A DNA stretch of 10,677 bases from positions 45,739 to 56,415 of the forward strand of contig MCBF01000001.1 in assembly GCA_001742785.1 (NCBI GenBank). The letters run 5' to 3'. The first letter of the stretch is position 1. Each line of letters begins with the position of its first letter. The position numbers and the translations under genes were made by a program. Below, piece by piece: positions 6,131 through 10,677 of this stretch. A model generated the notes under the pieces. It saw nothing but the letters and a program-made list of their open reading frames with translations, searched no databases and was not told the DNA's origin. Origin of the DNA: Candidatus Altiarchaeales archaeon IMC4. GTDB lineage: Archaea > Altiarchaeota > Altiarchaeia > IMC4.

Positions 6131-6370
6131 TATATGTATTCGCGATTTTTAGAAGAATCAGCTAAAATTACTATGAACAAAAAATTATCAGAAGCGTCAG
6201 AAAAGATATACGAATCTGGCAAATTGTTTTCTAAAATTGGTTTATTGTTCAAAAATGCAGGAAATGACCAAAATATTAATGAAAAGATAGAAATCGCAAG
6301 TGAGGCATTTAAAAGAATTGCAGATATTGAAGAAGAAGCATTTAATTGTCTTTCAACTGGGATTAAATAA
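6131..6370 (+). pseudogene. C-terminal gene fragment, probably of a BtrH-N/DUF4872-type protein, cut by IS630
   Basis: The frame begins at the IS630 TA (TAT ATG TAT TCG = YMYSRFLEE). This resembles the 'FRxMYxxFLxE' segment I recall from that family. Not verified by search. Confidence 0.5.
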
Positions 6371-6422
6371 TGATCCCTGATCATGGCTGGGTTCAGAAAC
6401 CTACCTTAAAAGGAGGAAACCT

Positions 6423-7038
6423 ATGAAACAAATAAAATCAAATCCGAAAAAATACTCAGTAAGGGAATACCCAACAATTGGTGTATGCGGTCTTGATTGT
6501 GGTTTATGCCCAAGATACTATACTGTGGGGGCTTCCAAATGTCCTGGGTGCGCAGGTCCTGATTTTTTCAATAAGCACCCATCTTGTTCCTTCATAACCT
6601 GTTGTGTCAAGAAAAAAGGTCTTGAAGTATGCGCAGAATGTCCTGAATTTCCATGCTCAAAATTTAAAAGCAATGAAGAATATCAGCAGTTGAAAGAATC
6701 TTCTTCTTACCCATCGTACAAGAAAGTCATGCCGAATTTGAATTTTATAAAAGAACATGGAATTGAAAAATTCATAGGACAGCAAAAAAAACGAATTAAA
6801 TTACTTGAAACAATGATAAGGCATTTTGATGATGGCAGATCAAGGAGTTTTTTTTTGCAAGGCCGTGACCTTACTTGATTTAACAAGCATAAGAAGTTCA
6901 TTAGACAAAGCAACCCAGAAAATCAAAACCGACAAGATTAAACAAAATGATGTAAAAAACAAGGCCAAAATCTTAAAGGCAATCCTTAATGAAATCGACC
7001 TAAATCCCCAGCACTTTGGGCACTATGATTCCAAATAA
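6423..7038 (+). pseudogene. DUF3795-like Cys-rich protein, frameshifted in a T9 run and with its 3' end overlapped by a MITE
   Basis: Motifs CGLDCGLCP, CPGC, CSFITCC and CAECPEFPC. AGGAGG at 6411-6416. T8 instead of T9 at 6848-6856 would give DDGRSRSFFCKAVTLL... Confidence 0.75.
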
Positions 7039-7172
7039 CCATCCCAACCATCCGATTTATGATGCCTCTTATGAATGAAACATAGTGGGTAATTGGGCAC
7101 TATGTTCACAAAAATGTTGCTACCATCTGCTATTGAAAACGCCAATATAGTGCCTAAAGTGCTGGGAATTTA
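7001..7172. mobile_element. Putative MITE, 172 bp
   Basis: 26-bp terminal inverted repeats with 2 mismatches (TAAATCCCCAGCACTTTGGGCACTAT 7001-7026 / 7147-7172). Internal hairpin AACATAGTG...CACTATGTT (7079-7107). No coding capacity. Confidence 0.75.
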
Positions 7173-7218
7173 AGAAAATCTGACTTCCGTATGAACCAAT
7201 GGGTTCATTCTTGTCGCC

Positions 7219-8109
7219 TTACGGCGGGTTTGGCTCGATGTGTATCGTAACCTCCTTTATGTCCGGGAATTCGGCAATCAGCCTTTCCTTTACGTCGTGG
7301 GAGATATCGTGGCCTTCCTGCACGGTTATGTTGCAGGAAACCTGCACATGGACATCAACGAGTATTTTTTTCCCGACGTAGCGTGCCTTAAGCTTGTGGA
7401 AGTTTTCAACGCCGGGCGTGGAGGATATTATCGTGCCTATCTGCTTCATTACCGCATCCTGCGGGCTTACGTCCATCAGTGCGTTAATGGATTTTCTGCC
7501 GAGGCGGTATGATATCCACAGCATGAGCAGCGCAACGAATATCGCCGCAAAGGAATCGAACATCGTGAAGCCCGCCATAACGAAAACAAGACCGACTATT
7601 ACGGCTATCGCCCCCAACATGTCGGTTGTGAAATGGTATGCGTCGGCCTCAAGTGCGGAGCTTCCGTGCTCTTCGCTTGCCTTGTGCAGGTATTTTGAAA
7701 CAAAGTAGTCAACGCCGATTGTCGCGACCATTGCGATAAGCCCGAGCTCCGTAGCCTCGATGGGCTTCGGGGAGCGGATCCTGTCCAATGCCTCGTAGAT
7801 TATGATTACGCTTGTTATCACTATCAGGATTGTCTGGGCGAGCGAGGACAGGTTTTCAAATTTCTCGTGCCCGTAGTGGTGACTGCTGTCGGCGGGCTCC
7901 TCGGCTTTTTTTATTCCCGTATATGCGAATATCGAGGCGATCATGTCGAAAAACGAGTGGGCAAGCTCGGCGAAAATGGCAAGGCTTCCGGTAATTATCG
8001 CAACTGCCAATTTAATTACTATCAGAAACAGGTTCACCCCGATCGACATCGAAGCTGCGCGAAGTTTTTTGCTTTTTTGAACGGGGGGTTTATCGGTTTG
8101 TTTTTCCAT
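7219..8109 (-). CDS. Cation diffusion facilitator (FieF-like) transporter, 296 aa
   Basis: Motifs GSLAIFAELAHSFFD, PADSSHHYGHEKFE, ALEADAYHFTTD and C-terminal VTIHIEP, with six hydrophobic segments. Likely start is ATG at 8109 (MEKQ). Confidence 0.93.
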   Translation of the reverse strand: MEKQTDKPPVQKSKKLRAASMSIGVNLFLIVIKLAVAIITGSLAIFAELAHSFFDMIASIFAYTGIKKAEEPADSSHHYGHEKFENLSSLAQTILIVITSVIIIYEALDRIRSPKPIEATELGLIAMVATIGVDYFVSKYLHKASEEHGSSALEADAYHFTTDMLGAIAVIVGLVFVMAGFTMFDSFAAIFVALLMLWISYRLGRKSINALMDVSPQDAVMKQIGTIISSTPGVENFHKLKARYVGKKILVDVHVQVSCNITVQEGHDISHDVKERLIAEFPDIKEVTIHIEPNPP

Positions 8110-8273
8110 CGCTATATAAGGGGTTTTCTGTATTTTGGTTAATGCTCCGGGGCATATCCAGAATCCTTCCATAATCTCTTGGATTAGCACCTTTAAATCA
8201 GAAGAACTTGTTTTGGAGTTAAACCTCCGGCGCCCGGTATATCTTTATGAAATTCTAATAGTTCAAGAGCAAA

Positions 8274-8498
8274 ATGAACCAGCTAAAACCTGCCGTGATG
8301 ATCGGCAAAAACGGCGTAACGGAGACCGTGATTTCAGAGATAAGGCTCCAGATTGCGAAGAACAGGAAGATTAAGGTCAAGATCCTCGGGTCTGCGAAGG
8401 AAGGCACAACCTGCAAGGAGATTGCCGAAGAGGTCGCAGGACTTACCCGCACGAAACTCGTTGATGTCCGGGGGAACACGTTCGTGATCTCAAAGTAG
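8274..8498 (+). CDS. yhbY: YhbY/CRM-domain RNA-binding protein
   Basis: LKPAVMIGKNGVTE...IKVKIL...VDVRGNTFVI matches the CRM signature. Confidence 0.9.
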   Translation: MNQLKPAVMIGKNGVTETVISEIRLQIAKNRKIKVKILGSAKEGTTCKEIAEEVAGLTRTKLVDVRGNTFVISK

Positions 8499-8683
8499 TC
8501 TATACTTTCCGCCAGCGCTTCACGCGTTTGCATTCAACGAATGCAAACGGTGTCCTCGAAATTGCCGTGCAATTTCGGGAACCAAAAGTGCTTTTGCACT
8601 TTTGCGTTCCTGTAAATCAAAAGATTTACATGATTGCGACAAGCAAAAGGGCTGGGGGGAACACGTTCGTGATTTCCAAGTAG
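8470..8683 (+). repeat. 29-bp direct repeat of the yhbY 3' end (8470-8498 and 8655-8683)
   Basis: GGGGGAACACGTTCGTGATCTCAAAGTAG vs GGGGGAACACGTTCGTGATTTCCAAGTAG, 27/29 identical. Confidence 0.9.
8521..8633. repeat. Two-hairpin insert, 113 bp (2 units)
   Basis: CA-CG-[CGTTTGCATTC]-G-TG / TCC-T-[CGAAATTGC]-GGA / AC-[CAAAAGTGC]-CGT / TCC-[TGTAAATC]-TGA. Removal rejoins the hairpin CAGCGCTTTTGC-GACAA-GCAAAAGGGCTG. Confidence 0.88.
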
Positions 8684-8688
8684 CTATC

Positions 8689-10638
8689 ATGGCAAAAACA
8701 TTAGCCGAAAAAATCCTCGGCGAGCACATCGTCGAAGGAAAATTCAGGAGGGGGCAGGAGATAGGCATCAGGATAGACCAGACGCTGACTCAGGACGCGA
8801 CCGGCACAATGGCTTATCTTCAGTTCGAGTCTATGGGAATTGATAGAGTTAAGACGGATTTAAGCGTAAGTTATGTCGATCACAACACGCTCCAGACGGA
8901 TTTCAGAAACGCCGACGACCACCTTTTTTTGCAGAGCATAGCGGAAAAATACGGCATCTGGTTCTCGCGGCCCGGAAACGGAATCTGCCATCAGGTTCAC
9001 CTTGAGCGTTTCGCCGTCCCCGGCGGGACGCTTCTCGGAAGCGACAGCCACACCCCGACGGCGGGCGGCGCCGGGATGATCGCAATCGGGGCGGGCGGGC
9101 TTGACGTTGCGTGCGCGATGGCAGGGGAACCGTTTTACCTTACGGCCCCTGCGATTGTAAATGTCAAACTTGAGGGCAAACTGAGTGCCTTTGTGTCCGC
9201 AAAGGACGTTGCCCTTGATGTCCTGCGGCGGCTTGGGGTAGCGGGCGGGTTCGAAAAGATTTTGGAATACACCGGAGACGGCGTAAAAACCCTGGGCGTC
9301 CCCGAGCGGGCGACCATCACGAACATGGGCACCGAGACCGGCGCGACCACCTCGGTTTTTCCATCCGACGGGGTTACTAAAAGTTTCATGGAACAGGAAG
9401 GCAGAGGCAAAGATTGGGTTGAAATCTCACCTGATGCGGGCGCGAAATATGACGAGGAGATCACGATAGACCTCTCCAAGATCGAGCCGCTTGTGGCGGC
9501 CCCGCACAGCCCCGGAAACGTAAAAAAGGTTCGGGATGTTTCCGGCACGAAGGTTAACCAGGTAATGGTCGGAAGCTGCACAAACTCTTCTCTTGCCGAC
9601 CTGAAGATTGTCGCAAACCTGCTCGAGGGTAGGGTGGTGAATAAGGGCGTCAGCCTCTTCATCGCGCCGGGCTCAAGGCAGGTCGTCGAGCATTTGATCG
9701 AATCTGGCGAAATGAATATGCTTGTTTCGGCGGGCGCGAGGATTCTTGAGTGCGCGTGCGGGCCGTGCATCGGGATGGGCGGGGCGCCGCCAAGCGGCTC
9801 GGTCTCGGTCAGGACTTTCAACCGCAACTTCCCCGGAAGAAGCGGGACATCTGATGCAGGGGTTTATCTTTCAAGCCCTGCTGTTGCGGCGGCATGTGCG
9901 GTAACGGGAGAAATCTCGGACCCGCGAGATGTTTTCGACGCACACACCCTTGAAAAGGTGTCGCTTCCGAAAAGATTCATAATCGACGATTCGATGATAA
10001 TCCCCCCCGGCAAGGGTGGTAAGGGTGTAAAGATAATCCGCGGCCCGAACATAAAGCCCATGCCGGCGTTCGAGCCCGTATTGAAAGGGGGGCGGATTTC
10101 CGGCGAGGTGCTCCTCAAGGTGGGCGACGACATCTCAACGGACGATATCATGCCTGCTGGCGCAAAAATCCTGCCTCTTCGGAGCAACATACCTGAGATA
10201 AGTAAATTTGTGTTTAGTGCAGTTGACGAGGATTTCGCCAAGAGGGCCGCCCAAAAGCACGGCGGCTTCATCATCGGGGGGAAAAATTACGGGCAGGGCT
10301 CAAGCCGCGAGCATGCCGCAATCGCGCCGAGGTATCTTGGCATCAAGGCAGTCATAGTGAAATCGTTTGCAAGGATTCACGCGGCAAACCTCGTAAATTT
10401 CGGGATACTGCCTCTTGAGTTCGAAAACCCTGAGGATTACGACGGGGTTGCAGCCGGTAATGATATAGAGATAATTACAGGGAACTTGATTAGTGGTAAA
10501 CTCATTATGAAAAATAAAACCGAGCGTGCAGATATTCCCTTAAAGCACAACCTCGGCGAGAGGGATATCCGGTATATAATTGCAGGCGGCAAGCTGAATT
10601 ATGTCGGCGGAAAATTCGGGGAATCAAAAAATGACTAA
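8689..10638 (+). CDS. Aconitate hydratase (single-chain aconitase family, 649 aa)
   Basis: Motifs TQDATGT, DHN, GNGICHQV, GSDSHT, [4Fe-4S] ligands GSCTN and CACGPCIG, TFNRNF, STDDIMP and NYGQGSSREHA. Start is ATG at 8689 (MAKTLAEKIL). The ORF-track extension from 8602 runs through repeat DNA. Confidence 0.95.
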   Translation: MAKTLAEKILGEHIVEGKFRRGQEIGIRIDQTLTQDATGTMAYLQFESMGIDRVKTDLSVSYVDHNTLQTDFRNADDHLFLQSIAEKYGIWFSRPGNGICHQVHLERFAVPGGTLLGSDSHTPTAGGAGMIAIGAGGLDVACAMAGEPFYLTAPAIVNVKLEGKLSAFVSAKDVALDVLRRLGVAGGFEKILEYTGDGVKTLGVPERATITNMGTETGATTSVFPSDGVTKSFMEQEGRGKDWVEISPDAGAKYDEEITIDLSKIEPLVAAPHSPGNVKKVRDVSGTKVNQVMVGSCTNSSLADLKIVANLLEGRVVNKGVSLFIAPGSRQVVEHLIESGEMNMLVSAGARILECACGPCIGMGGAPPSGSVSVRTFNRNFPGRSGTSDAGVYLSSPAVAAACAVTGEISDPRDVFDAHTLEKVSLPKRFIIDDSMIIPPGKGGKGVKIIRGPNIKPMPAFEPVLKGGRISGEVLLKVGDDISTDDIMPAGAKILPLRSNIPEISKFVFSAVDEDFAKRAAQKHGGFIIGGKNYGQGSSREHAAIAPRYLGIKAVIVKSFARIHAANLVNFGILPLEFENPEDYDGVAAGNDIEIITGNLISGKLIMKNKTERADIPLKHNLGERDIRYIIAGGKLNYVGGKFGESKND

Positions 10639-10677
10639 TGACTAAGGAGTAGTTATCAGACTTGAAGAACAAAGATT

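Noticed and set aside
7001..7020. Resemblance to the human Alu motif CCCAGCACTTTGGG
   Set aside because: It is a short match inside a TIR with no other Alu sequence, in a fully prokaryotic context.
9135..10274. Antisense ORFs over aconitase (and similar ones over the CDF and coiled-coil genes)
   Set aside because: They are shadow frames of well-supported genes with no recognisable motifs.
10631..10645. ATGACTA tandem at the aconitase stop as the start of a next gene
   Set aside because: Both ATGs reach stops within five codons, and too little sequence remains to call anything.

Overview
Probably archaeal DNA (inferred from the archaeal-type TnpA, the short YhbY and the aconitase type). Ordinary genes sit at both ends: a partial membrane protein and a coiled-coil protein on the left, and a CDF transporter, yhbY and aconitase on the right. 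Between them is a pile of insertion sequences: two IS1595-family elements, an IS200/IS605 tnpA remnant, an IS630 element and a MITE, followed by an AT-rich segment with two damaged genes. The main signal is a family of about 50-57 bp two-hairpin insertion units, about 19 complete plus 1 partial at 12 sites. Their stem sequences vary but their structure is conserved: hairpin A is T-CC-(bulge)-stem-loop-GG-A and hairpin B is CA-N-stem-loop-NN-TG. They insert without target duplication, between A/T bases when entering host DNA, in either orientation, and they nest inside one another. Removing them by hand restores a 249-aa IS1595 transposase and a 155-aa TnpA core exactly. All alignments and family calls were made by eye, and whether the family is novel is untested.
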